Assembly (NCBI GenBank): GCA_965198175.1
Contig: OZ240245.1
Coordinates: 1,344,001 to 1,408,000 of the forward strand
Reading direction: 5' to 3'
DNA from: Candidatus Poribacteria bacterium
Lineage (GTDB): Bacteria > Poribacteria > WGA-4E > PCPOR2b
DNA: 64,000 nt
The notes beneath the pieces were generated by a model, which saw nothing but the letters and a program-made list of their open reading frames with translations, was not told the DNA's origin and searched no databases. The position numbers and the translations under genes were made by a program. Below, in pieces: positions 50,052 through 59,562 of the stretch; position 1 is the first letter of the stretch, and every line of letters starts with the position of its first letter.

Positions 50052-51341
50052 TCATCTCACGTTGGTTTTCTTTGGAATATCATCCACAACCTCGCGGAAG
50101 AAATCCGATTCTGTCCATTCCTCTGGATCGACTGCAACCCCGTTGACGACCATACCCCAGTGAAGATGCGATCCCGTGACCTGACCGGTTGCACCCATTA
50201 GCCCGATGCGTTGCCCTTTTTTGAGCGTGTCGCCCACGTTTACGCCGATTTCGCTGAGATGATTATAGCTTGTCGAGACACCTTGTCCATGATCGATGAT
50301 GATGGCATTTCCGTACAGATGAAGCCTTTCAGCAAGTGTCACAACGCCATCATTCCCCGCGTAGATGGGTGTGCCCACGTCATTCGCGATATCCGTTCCG
50401 AGGTGGTGCCGCCGAACCCCGGTGTTATATTCTCGGTATTTGCCGAACGGTGAGGTGAGCAGCCCCTCCGCCGGCTGGGCGAACGTCCCCTCCCATAACT
50501 GAGTCGATGCGCTCTTACGATAGGCTTTTGCGCGCTTCGCATTATCTTCTCGCGATTTAGATTTATCCCCCATAACCTTCTGTTTGTTCGGAGAAAGCAC
50601 GATGTACCCTCCCCGCGCAAATTTCGTCGTGCCCACCGTGACACGAAAGGTCCGGTTCATCTTCTGCCCAACCGAATCCTTAGCCTCTAACGCCAGCGGA
50701 TAGCGTTTTGCTGGTTGCGTTACACTCACGCCAACTAAACCTCGGTACACGTTTTTCGATCTAAACGGGTAGAACCGAACGATCCGATCGAAAATCTTGC
50801 CCTCTAATTCAGCGAGGGGGCCATTGGACTGGACAAAAATCCCCAACGTTTTGCCTTGTCGAACATGGAGAGATTCCGGAGAGAGCTGAAACTGAGGCGG
50901 GGTATTATCGACGGAGAACACCAACTCATGACGCACTGTATGTTTCCATAACGACCGATCCGTCGCGGCAACCGTAACCGTGTATTCGCGCTCAGGTAGG
51001 GCTGTTGTATCCAGTGTCCAGATGGTACGATTCGCACCATCCTTATCAAGACTAAGGTGTTCGGGGATGTCATCATTGATTTGTACCGTGAGTGTGCCGA
51101 TCCCCGAACGTTCGTCGCACGCAGAGATATTAAGAGGTATCCTCCCACGATAGGTTTTGCCGGGTTCAACCCCGGTCAGATTAAGCGAAGGCGGTGTCAC
51201 ATCGAACAGAACGTGCCGGAAACAGTAGCTCAACCACAGAAGCAGCCAAATTATAAGGAAGCGGATGACCCCATGGCGATGCCGGAATCTGTTAGCACGG
51301 ACATGAGGTGCTTTGCCCGTCGCCCCCGTTATGCTCTGCAT
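50052..51341 (-). CDS. M23 family metallopeptidase with Ig-like domains
   Basis: TM, D.TPP-bounded domains, HLGTD, YNHL, TGSHLHW. Confidence 0.9.
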   Translation of the reverse strand: MQSITGATGKAPHVRANRFRHRHGVIRFLIIWLLLWLSYCFRHVLFDVTPPSLNLTGVEPGKTYRGRIPLNISACDERSGIGTLTVQINDDIPEHLSLDKDGANRTIWTLDTTALPEREYTVTVAATDRSLWKHTVRHELVFSVDNTPPQFQLSPESLHVRQGKTLGIFVQSNGPLAELEGKIFDRIVRFYPFRSKNVYRGLVGVSVTQPAKRYPLALEAKDSVGQKMNRTFRVTVGTTKFARGGYIVLSPNKQKVMGDKSKSREDNAKRAKAYRKSASTQLWEGTFAQPAEGLLTSPFGKYREYNTGVRRHHLGTDIANDVGTPIYAGNDGVVTLAERLHLYGNAIIIDHGQGVSTSYNHLSEIGVNVGDTLKKGQRIGLMGATGQVTGSHLHWGMVVNGVAVDPEEWTESDFFREVVDDIPKKTNVR

Positions 51342-51729
51342 AAGACAACCTCAATAATATCGCTGATCGTGAGCACTAATTATACCATATCCACGAGGCG
51401 ATGGGTAAAATTAGATCCGACTCACGGGAACGAATAGCGCCCGATGTTCAGGGGTAAGTCCGCGACGGTTCCCTCTTGCAAAATAGGGCATAGCGGTTTC
51501 TCTTTTTTCTCTCAGAGAATCCGCGCGCGTCTAAAGTTTTTACCGCCCACAGTGGCATAATCTGCTGTTTTATGGTATTATATTGACCCGTCTTTCCGAT
51601 GCTTTCGCGGCGGAGGGGCGGGTAACAACCGTACGATACATCGCAGCCGATTGAATGGCGCGACTGTCGTTTGCCGACACAACTTATGCCGCGATGTGCG
51701 AAACGTTTTAGTTATTGAAGGAGATTTTA

Positions 51730-52023
51730 ATGAATATTTACGTCGGTAATTTGTCGTATAATGCCACCGATGACGATGTGCTTAAAGTTTTTGAAAAATC
51801 CGGGACTGTAGAATCGGTGAATGTGATTCGAGACTCGTACGACGGGCGATCCAAAGGGTTCGGATTCGTCGAAATGCCAAAGGACGACGAAGGGCAAAAA
51901 GCCATACAAGAACTGGATGGTAGCGAGTTCATGGGACGTACTTTGAAAGTGAACGAGGCGCGTCAAAAACCGAAACGAAATCAATCGAGAGAACGTCAAA
52001 GGGGTGGATTTGACAGATGGTAG
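51730..52023 (+). CDS. RRM RNA-binding protein
   Basis: IYVGNL (RNP2), KGFGFVEM (RNP1), GRTLKVNEA. Confidence 0.95.
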   Translation: MNIYVGNLSYNATDDDVLKVFEKSGTVESVNVIRDSYDGRSKGFGFVEMPKDDEGQKAIQELDGSEFMGRTLKVNEARQKPKRNQSRERQRGGFDRW

Positions 52024-52055
52024 CGCGTACGGTTTGACCATCAATTAACTTGTCA

Positions 52056-52090
52056 AGCGCCGATTCCGCGCGATGAATCGGCGCTCTTTT
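52056..52090 (+). terminator. intrinsic terminator
   Basis: AGCGCCGATTC/GAATCGGCGCT followed by CTTTT. Confidence 0.75.
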
Positions 52091-52212
52091 ATGATGCGGA
52101 GCGCTTCGCCCGTCAACGGGCGACATCACCCGTTGGTATTAGAAGCGGAGCAGTAGCTGGCGCAATGACGCCAATTCATTGTACTTCATCGTTAACAATG
52201 AGGTAAAAAACC

Positions 52213-53490
52213 GTGAGCGATGGATATCAATTTCTAAATCACCTGGTTCATGCCGAGTTCACAGGTGAATTTGAAGTTCCGGACGAAGCAGGATTGCAAG
52301 TGGAATCCACTAGGGAATTTAGCGAAGACAAAGGAGAGCAAATGCCGGTTTCCGACGTTGATGAACTCATCCCCGCCGCTAGCTCCAGTGCCGATACAGA
52401 TTTCAGTGTCGAGGATGGTATGGTTCCTTATCTTCGGCAAATTTCGAAAACCCCCCTGCTCACACGCGTCGAAGAAACCCAACTCTTTGAACAGTTTTCA
52501 GCCAAGACACAGCGGATTGATGAACTGTTGAACACACTTCCACCTTCGATTCTGGATCACGTCAAATCTCAATCGAACCGCAGACGGAAGGCAAAACCGA
52601 AATCCGTGCACCGGTGGTGGACGCCGATGGAAATTGGCGGTATCTTGGAGCTAATCTCGACCGAGATTAGGGTGTGTCAGAACGGGCAAACCGAAGAAAA
52701 ACCCGATCAGCGAGACGCTATAGAAACGCTCTGGAGCCAGTTGACCACCGCGGTTGAAGAGATGACGACCGTTCGAGAGAAGATAATACGCGCAAACCTG
52801 CTACTCGTTGCCAGCGTTGTGATGCAGTATCGCGCTTACACCGCATCGATGACCCTCCTGGATTTGATGCAGGAGGGTAATATCGGTTTGATGAAAGCCG
52901 TCGAAAAGTTTGATCTTCAAAAAAAGTGCAAGTTTAGCACTTACGCCTACTGGTGGATTATGCAAGCCGTTCAGCGCGCGTTAGCTCAACAAAGCCGTAC
53001 CATTCGGCTGCCCTGCTATATTGGAACGGTACGACAATCGATCGCCGAGACCCAGACCCGACTATCCAAAGAGCTCAACCGCGAACCGGCTATCAGCGAG
53101 ATTGCGCTGGCGATGGGTATGGCGGAAAGTCGTGTCGTCGAAATTCTTCAAAGTGGAAAAGGGACAATTTCACTCGATTCGCCGCTGTTCGATTCAAACG
53201 ACACGACCGTTTCTGACACGTTAGCTGACGAATCAAGCGTTGCCCCTGATAAGGAGGTGCTTAATCGTTCAGCGAGAGAGTCGCTAGATAAGGCGCTCAA
53301 CACATTAACTTGGCGTGAAAAAATTGTGATTCAGCTCCGTTTCGGCTTGACAGATGGCACAGAGTATACTCTTGCTGAGATTGGACAACAACTGGGAATT
53401 AGCCGTGAGCGTGTCCGCCAGATTCAAGAGGAAGTCCTTCACAAATTCCGACATCCAATTCATTCAAAATCCCTCGAAGAACTGCTTTAA
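52213..53490 (+). CDS. RpoD/RpoS-like sigma70 factor (divergent, group 2-like)
   Basis: YLRQISKTPLLT, DLMQEGNIGLMKAVEKFD, FSTYAYWWI, RTIRLP, SRERVRQI. Confidence 0.9.
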   Translation: MSDGYQFLNHLVHAEFTGEFEVPDEAGLQVESTREFSEDKGEQMPVSDVDELIPAASSSADTDFSVEDGMVPYLRQISKTPLLTRVEETQLFEQFSAKTQRIDELLNTLPPSILDHVKSQSNRRRKAKPKSVHRWWTPMEIGGILELISTEIRVCQNGQTEEKPDQRDAIETLWSQLTTAVEEMTTVREKIIRANLLLVASVVMQYRAYTASMTLLDLMQEGNIGLMKAVEKFDLQKKCKFSTYAYWWIMQAVQRALAQQSRTIRLPCYIGTVRQSIAETQTRLSKELNREPAISEIALAMGMAESRVVEILQSGKGTISLDSPLFDSNDTTVSDTLADESSVAPDKEVLNRSARESLDKALNTLTWREKIVIQLRFGLTDGTEYTLAEIGQQLGISRERVRQIQEEVLHKFRHPIHSKSLEELL

Positions 53491-53632
53491 TTAACGCGGC
53501 GTCCACAAAAATTCGATGTGGGATTCGGCACTTCTCATGCTCCGAACACCGTACAACACAAATATGGGCAGGCACACGCCCAATTTGACACCGAATTGGA
53601 ACCGATTGTTAACCGCTCAGAAGGATTTCTAA

Positions 53633-54031
53633 ATGGGCAATCGATCCACCTACGATGGATTACAACGCCATATCCGGCACATGGAAACGCCGGAAGTCGA
53701 AACTTGGAAGAACGAATACGACGACAGAGACTACACCATTGAAATTACAAACCTAGAATTTACAACAATCTGCCCCAAGACCGGGCACCCCGATTTCGCG
53801 TCCATCCGAATTACCTATGTTCCGGACGAATTCTGCGTTGAGCTCAAGTCTTTAAAGGAGTATTTTCTTTCTTTTCGCGACGTGGGAATCTTTCACGAGC
53901 ATCTCGTCAACAAGGTCATGGAGGATTTTGTGGCTGCATGCAATCCCCGCCGTGTTGAAGTTGAGGGGGATTTTAACATTCGCGGCGGGCTGAAGACGGT
54001 CGTTCGCACGAGTTACGACCAATCGGTTTGA
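53633..54031 (+). CDS. queF: preQ0 reductase (unimodular)
   Basis: EFTTICPKTGHPDFA, VELKSLK.Y, FHE, RGG. Confidence 0.95.
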   Translation: MGNRSTYDGLQRHIRHMETPEVETWKNEYDDRDYTIEITNLEFTTICPKTGHPDFASIRITYVPDEFCVELKSLKEYFLSFRDVGIFHEHLVNKVMEDFVAACNPRRVEVEGDFNIRGGLKTVVRTSYDQSV

Positions 54032-54203
54032 ATGTGTTTCCCAGCCTACAACTCACGGATTGCATCTCGGTACAGCGTGCATCACATCTGTCAATATCAG
54101 GAAAAAAAGCGGTCATATCGTTTGCAGACTCATCCACGCATGTGCTAAACTTTCCCATCTCGGAACGACGCTCCGCTTTGCCGAAATAGGCCCGTGGTGA
54201 TCC

Positions 54204-56135
54204 ATGCTATTCCGTATCGCAATATCGCTCGCCATCACGTTTTTCGTTATTTGCCCCAGGGGATTGTTTGCCTTAATTGACCTGTCGATTGTACGTCCAA
54301 AGACAGATTTTACCACAAACAATCAGGTGTTACCGATTGAGGGAATTGTTGAATCCTCGTTTCCAACAAAAGTTGTTGTCTCGACCAACACGCCCGCCGG
54401 TGTTCCCGATTTGGGACAGTTGGCACATTCCCTCCACGCAATCGTTCTTGACCTTGGCAGTTCACATCAAATAAAGGCGGGTCTAATTCGTCCCGTCGCT
54501 GACCTTGAGTTCCCGTTGGGACCGAGAACGGTACGAATGGCTTTTTCGCAGGATGGCGCAGATTTCTCCGTAGGGCAACGCCTGAACGTACCCTCCAGCA
54601 TAGATAAAATCTTCAATCAGACTATGGTTGATTTTCCAGTTATCGTTTCTGCGCGGTTCGTCCAGATCGTGATGCTTGATGGCTGGCAGCGGCAGAGAAT
54701 CGCCATCGACTCCGTTGAATTCCTAGATACGAACGATCGGATTGTACAAGCCCGTATCCAATCCATTTCAATCTTGCTCGATCTCACGGAGCAGAATCGG
54801 GCGCCGTTTTCCATTCAGGTTCTGCTCAAGGCGGGAAAGAACCGACTCTCGCTGTTCGCCAGCGCGCTTTCGCCCCCAGACGGCGATTCGTTTGAAACCG
54901 CGGATCGGGCGTCAATTACCCTGTTTTATCTTTCAGAATTGCGACGGGATGCAGCCGATGCAGGATATTTCACCTTGAGCGATGGCGACCAAGCGAAGGT
55001 TGTGATTCCGGTTGATGCCTTCGATCAGAAAATCAAAAAACTACAATTCTTTTCAATTCCACGGACGCAGTTGGATTCTTTGTCCTATTCGGGGAACGCG
55101 CAGATTGTTGAAGGTACCGCTCCCGTTGTCGCGTACCGATTTGAAGCGTTGAGGCAGGGCGTATTCGCGGCGGAGGCGACGAGCTTCCTACGCGATCAGC
55201 CTCCGACGCTCTCGGTTGACGGCATCTTAGATTTCCCTTCGACATGGGTCGCAGGGTTAGTGCCGTTACCTATCGCGCTTACGGTCGATCTGGGCGACGT
55301 TTACACGCTGAGCCGTATTATCGTCCACTCGAATGTCACCGAAAACGGTTCTTTTGGACCGCAAAGCGCGAAAATACACGCCTCCAATGAAAATGCGAAC
55401 TTCACAGAGATCTTTGAATTTTCACCGTTTGATGATCGAATGACGGTGATTGAGTTGCCTTCTCAACTGTCGGCTCGGTATGTCCGACTCGAAATTACGG
55501 AGAGCAAACAGGCAAATAACATCCAACTCAACGAGGTCGAATTTTTTGACGCTTCCGACTCAAAGATTGTACCGCTTGTCGCAGCGGATCGAACCCTGCT
55601 TCAGCGTCCGGCACTTCTGGAATTGAGCTACACCGCGTCCGATCTGCTCGCCGCGAATATCGGCAGAGAAGTGGACCTGAAGATTTTCGCATGGGACGAA
55701 CTCGCCCGGGAGTGGCAACTGGCAGGTGGAGAAATTGACCTGGATCGTCAGACCGTCCGTTTAGAACTCAACTATTTTTCCCAATTTGCGTTGTTCCAAG
55801 CTGTTACTTCGAAAATCCAGACGACGTGGAGTTTTAACCCTTTTTCGCCCGACGGAAACGGAATCGCAGACGTAACACGACTCACAATCATTAACCCCGA
55901 CACTTCACGGCTCGGACAAACCGAACTCATCGTTGAAATCTTTGATCTCAACAACAGACTGGTGAGAACGTTGATGAATCGGACCGTAATGAATTCCAAC
56001 GCCATGAGCGTTGAATGGGACGGTCGGGACGGAACGGGGCAGATTGCAAATATTGGACCGTATATCTATCAGATTCAACTGCAATCCGATGCCCAGACTG
56101 ACACCCGAAACGGCGTGATCGTGGTGGGAAAATGA
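54204..56135 (+). CDS. secreted discoidin-domain protein with C-terminal CHU_C/FlgD-like sorting domain
   Basis: Signal peptide; two LDLG...ARF/YV...VEF discoidin-like units; NPFSPDGNG..D, IFDLNNRLVRTL, WDGRD, GPYIYQI. Confidence 0.75.
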   Translation: MLFRIAISLAITFFVICPRGLFALIDLSIVRPKTDFTTNNQVLPIEGIVESSFPTKVVVSTNTPAGVPDLGQLAHSLHAIVLDLGSSHQIKAGLIRPVADLEFPLGPRTVRMAFSQDGADFSVGQRLNVPSSIDKIFNQTMVDFPVIVSARFVQIVMLDGWQRQRIAIDSVEFLDTNDRIVQARIQSISILLDLTEQNRAPFSIQVLLKAGKNRLSLFASALSPPDGDSFETADRASITLFYLSELRRDAADAGYFTLSDGDQAKVVIPVDAFDQKIKKLQFFSIPRTQLDSLSYSGNAQIVEGTAPVVAYRFEALRQGVFAAEATSFLRDQPPTLSVDGILDFPSTWVAGLVPLPIALTVDLGDVYTLSRIIVHSNVTENGSFGPQSAKIHASNENANFTEIFEFSPFDDRMTVIELPSQLSARYVRLEITESKQANNIQLNEVEFFDASDSKIVPLVAADRTLLQRPALLELSYTASDLLAANIGREVDLKIFAWDELAREWQLAGGEIDLDRQTVRLELNYFSQFALFQAVTSKIQTTWSFNPFSPDGNGIADVTRLTIINPDTSRLGQTELIVEIFDLNNRLVRTLMNRTVMNSNAMSVEWDGRDGTGQIANIGPYIYQIQLQSDAQTDTRNGVIVVGK

Positions 56136-57088
56136 AGACTGACTCCTGCGCGCCAGTCCACCGATTCACACTCCTACTCTTCTTATTTGGCGCGGGGGCG
56201 GTCAATCTTTCTCCTCGGACACACGCGGCATTCGACGATCAGTTCGTAGGGGCGCGAGCATTTGCGATGGGAGGCGCGTTCGCAGCGATTGCGAATGAAT
56301 CCGACGGTCTGCTCGTTAATCCGGCGTCAATCTCAAATCTTTCGACGCCCCGGCAGTTGTCCGTAACAATGGCGAGACTTCACCTCGGCTTAACGGACGA
56401 GACTTCAATCGCCCAGAACCTGATTAGCTATACGAATCCAGGACCTCTCAGAAGTTCGCTCGGGTTGCTCTGGAAGCGGTTGAACGTCAGCCAACTGTAT
56501 TCGGAGAATTACTTGGTCGTTGGGTTTAGCAGAGGTTTCGCATTTGGAACAGAAGAGGAACGCCGCTTGTCACTCGGAACGGGGTTCAAGCTGTTGAATT
56601 GGGATACAGCGCCCACAATTGGGGCAGACGGTGGGATTGTAGAGGATTTGCCAGGCTCCAGTCGTTTTAGCTTAGACGCCGGCGTGGTCTTTCGTCCGTC
56701 TGCGAATATTCCGATAGCGCTGTCGGTCCAGAACATCAATACCCCCAACATCGCTTCGAAATCCTCGAAGATAACGGAGGAGTTGCCGCTGCAGGTGACG
56801 CTCGGCATCGGCATTTTGGGGGAGCGGTCTACATGGGGAATGGATCTGGTTTTCAACGGCAACCAGACTGATGTCAAGATTGGGATTGAACAGCAATTTC
56901 ATGATGGCAAGGTACTGCTGCGCGGCGGGTTTCGGTTGGAAAATCTCGCATGGGGCACAAATCTGACGCTCGGCGGAGGGTATCGCTTGAGCAATAGCGT
57001 CCGAATGGATTACGGCTCCGTTTTTCCGATCGGCGGCATTGTAGACACCTATGGCAGCCATCGAGTTAGCATCGTGTACAGCTTATGA
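56132..57088 (+). CDS. PorV/PorQ-like (FadL-fold) outer-membrane beta-barrel
   Basis: ATGA coupling; GARAFAMGGAFAAIA....LLVNPA; amphipathic strands; ends SHRVSIVYSL. Confidence 0.75.
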   Translation: MKTDSCAPVHRFTLLLFLFGAGAVNLSPRTHAAFDDQFVGARAFAMGGAFAAIANESDGLLVNPASISNLSTPRQLSVTMARLHLGLTDETSIAQNLISYTNPGPLRSSLGLLWKRLNVSQLYSENYLVVGFSRGFAFGTEEERRLSLGTGFKLLNWDTAPTIGADGGIVEDLPGSSRFSLDAGVVFRPSANIPIALSVQNINTPNIASKSSKITEELPLQVTLGIGILGERSTWGMDLVFNGNQTDVKIGIEQQFHDGKVLLRGGFRLENLAWGTNLTLGGGYRLSNSVRMDYGSVFPIGGIVDTYGSHRVSIVYSL

Positions 57089-57151
57089 TATAACCGACCA
57101 GTGGACGACGAGTGGAATGCGTGGTTGGGACAGATAAAGAGGAACTGGTAA

Positions 57152-59500
57152 ATGAGGATGGGATTATTCATGCTTCACGCTTCACGAATAATCCATTACG
57201 CATTACGCCTGATGTTCTTGTGCTTGTTAATCTCTGACCACTTGCTGGGTTTGGCGCTTGCCCAACGGGTGGATCCACTAGGCAATCCCGTGTTTGATAA
57301 AAGTGGAAAAGAACTTTATAAAATTCAGGCGACGTTTGGCGTATTGGGGGGCGATTCGACACTTCGCCGTGATGAGGAATTTCGGAAAAAGACAAGTAAT
57401 CGAAACTTCTTTACTTTCAACATCCCGAGCGAGAACGTCCGTCATCAGTTGACTGTCGGCAATTTCCCAACAAAATTTTCTGGCTTTACGTTGAACAAGG
57501 AACTGTTCGACGCCGCACGCTGGAATATAACGATTCCGAAAGCACGCGGAGGGGTTTCAGCGTTTGTCGGGCGGGTGACGAACAATACCTTTGACATATT
57601 AGGAGAGCGCGCCGTACCCATCGAAAACCTTGACATTAGGAGTACCGCGGATTGGTTCATGGTTGGGTTCCGAGCGGAGGCAAACCTCGGGGCACATGGC
57701 GTCCGACTGGGGACGTTGCCAGAATTTACGCTACCGCTGCCTCGCCTCGGAATTAACTATGTCAATCGGTTTTTTACCAACTACGACCTCACACGTACAA
57801 CCAATCCATTTCGAGGGGTCACCATCGCTAATCCTCCGCCGGAGTTGTTTCTCCGTTTCAGTGATGCTTCGCCGGAAAACCCCGGCGGCGCGAAAGTTTT
57901 CCATGTGCGCGTCTACGTTGACGGCGCCCTGGAGCACGAGATTGTCGGCGGGCGTGAGCCGCCGGGCGTTCTGCTCCTACCGCATCAGAGCCGACGTGAT
58001 CATCAGTCACGCCGGGCGGATGGTGAAGGAACCTTCACGTATCGATTTCTCATGTTCAACCCACAGGACATCAACAGCGTGCGGTTTGAGGTCGATATTG
58101 CCAACGATTATCGCGTTGAATTGTCACCGAACAATCGGGACTTTCAATTGGAACTCAGCGCCCCAGGCAACGTCAGAGATGAATCGAACCGTCAGGTACA
58201 CAGATTTCACTACGGGGAATTGACAGATGAAACGACAATGGGGTTCGATCTCCAGACAACACTGTTCGGATTTTCGATTGAGGCGGAGCGCGCATGGTAT
58301 TCACAGACGAAGCAGTATCCGATTCTTAACGGACAAAGCACACAGCGAACAACCGGCGCATGGTTCATTGATGTGAATCGAAACTTTGGGCCCCTGACTT
58401 GGCGCAGCGAATATACACGAATCGATCCCTTTTATACGGCGGATAACTTCGTGGACGACAACGACGATGATGATCCATACGCAGATTCGCGCGAACCAGA
58501 GATACTGATTTCAGGAAATACAAAGGATGATCTGGACGGCGATCGCGTTAAGGATTGGGATGACGATTTCCTACTCTTCTTTGCAGACCCGCCGAGATTC
58601 CGCTTAGGGCTCAATCGTGAATCAATTGATTTCAATAACAACGGTGAGCCGGATAATCTCGAAGATGATGACAAACCCAACTACCGTTTCGATTACGATA
58701 GAGGCTCCTTCGGGCATCACACCTACTTCAAGCTCGATCTGCCATTCAGCGACGGTCTTTCTGTTATCCCCGGATATTATGCGAAACATCTGATTCTCGA
58801 ACATAAGAGCGCAAAAGGATGGTATAATATATTTGCATACACGCCGAATCGGATTCGTCACTTTGGAACGGTCAAATTCCGCCACACGCTTCGCCGCTCG
58901 CGCGACATTATCCCCGATGACGTTGTTATTCGCGGCACTGGGGAGCAGATTGAGGACAATTTGGCGCTCCAAAATTATCTGAGCAATATCTTCACGATGA
59001 TTGTAGATTACCAGAACATCGAAAACCTCACAATCGTCAGTAAATTCAAATATCAGCGTGATGCGCTGTTTCACAGTCGGCAGCACGTTATTGATACCGC
59101 CTTGATTAACCAGATTCGATACGACTACAAAGTGCGCGATGATCTCACGGTCGCACCCGCTTTCCGGAGCGATCGGACAATTGGTTACACCGTCCCGTTT
59201 GACAAATTAACGACGGTAGATTTCATCCGAAATGCCTATATCTTGACCTTAACCCATCAAGTTGCGGCACAATTGCAATTAAGCGCCGGTGCGCAGTTTC
59301 TCACATGGCGCGACCTCAACGATTCTCAGAATAATTTTAACCGCACCGTTGGCTTCCTGGAGCTTGTGCTACAGGGCGATGTCTTCGGACAAAAGATGGG
59401 GCTCTTGATTGCGTGCGACTATGCAATTCAGAGCTTTCTTGAACCCATCGGCGGCTCGGAAAAACGAACAAATATCGGAATTTCGCTATTTTTGCTGTAG
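57152..59500 (+). CDS. large outer-membrane/secreted protein with Asp-rich Ca-binding-like loops
   Basis: Signal peptide, beta-rich, DDNDDDDPYAD, DLDGD, DFNNNGEPD, terminal Phe. Confidence 0.65.
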   Translation: MRMGLFMLHASRIIHYALRLMFLCLLISDHLLGLALAQRVDPLGNPVFDKSGKELYKIQATFGVLGGDSTLRRDEEFRKKTSNRNFFTFNIPSENVRHQLTVGNFPTKFSGFTLNKELFDAARWNITIPKARGGVSAFVGRVTNNTFDILGERAVPIENLDIRSTADWFMVGFRAEANLGAHGVRLGTLPEFTLPLPRLGINYVNRFFTNYDLTRTTNPFRGVTIANPPPELFLRFSDASPENPGGAKVFHVRVYVDGALEHEIVGGREPPGVLLLPHQSRRDHQSRRADGEGTFTYRFLMFNPQDINSVRFEVDIANDYRVELSPNNRDFQLELSAPGNVRDESNRQVHRFHYGELTDETTMGFDLQTTLFGFSIEAERAWYSQTKQYPILNGQSTQRTTGAWFIDVNRNFGPLTWRSEYTRIDPFYTADNFVDDNDDDDPYADSREPEILISGNTKDDLDGDRVKDWDDDFLLFFADPPRFRLGLNRESIDFNNNGEPDNLEDDDKPNYRFDYDRGSFGHHTYFKLDLPFSDGLSVIPGYYAKHLILEHKSAKGWYNIFAYTPNRIRHFGTVKFRHTLRRSRDIIPDDVVIRGTGEQIEDNLALQNYLSNIFTMIVDYQNIENLTIVSKFKYQRDALFHSRQHVIDTALINQIRYDYKVRDDLTVAPAFRSDRTIGYTVPFDKLTTVDFIRNAYILTLTHQVAAQLQLSAGAQFLTWRDLNDSQNNFNRTVGFLELVLQGDVFGQKMGLLIACDYAIQSFLEPIGGSEKRTNIGISLFLL

Positions 59501-59562
59501 TCATTTTTTAACCCCAAGCTAAACCGAGGTTCTTATTCGGTTCACCGAAAGGAGTAAGTTCA

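Noticed and set aside
49473..50201. 242-aa plus-strand ORF
   Set aside because: Antisense shadow of the DUF6785 and M23 genes
51553..51567. sigma54 promoter TGGCATAATCTGC
   Set aside because: GG-to-GC spacing is 8, not 10
57168..57210. Heptamer repeats (TTCACGC, TTACGCA) as a phase-variation tract
   Set aside because: Only two copies each; too short to support slippage
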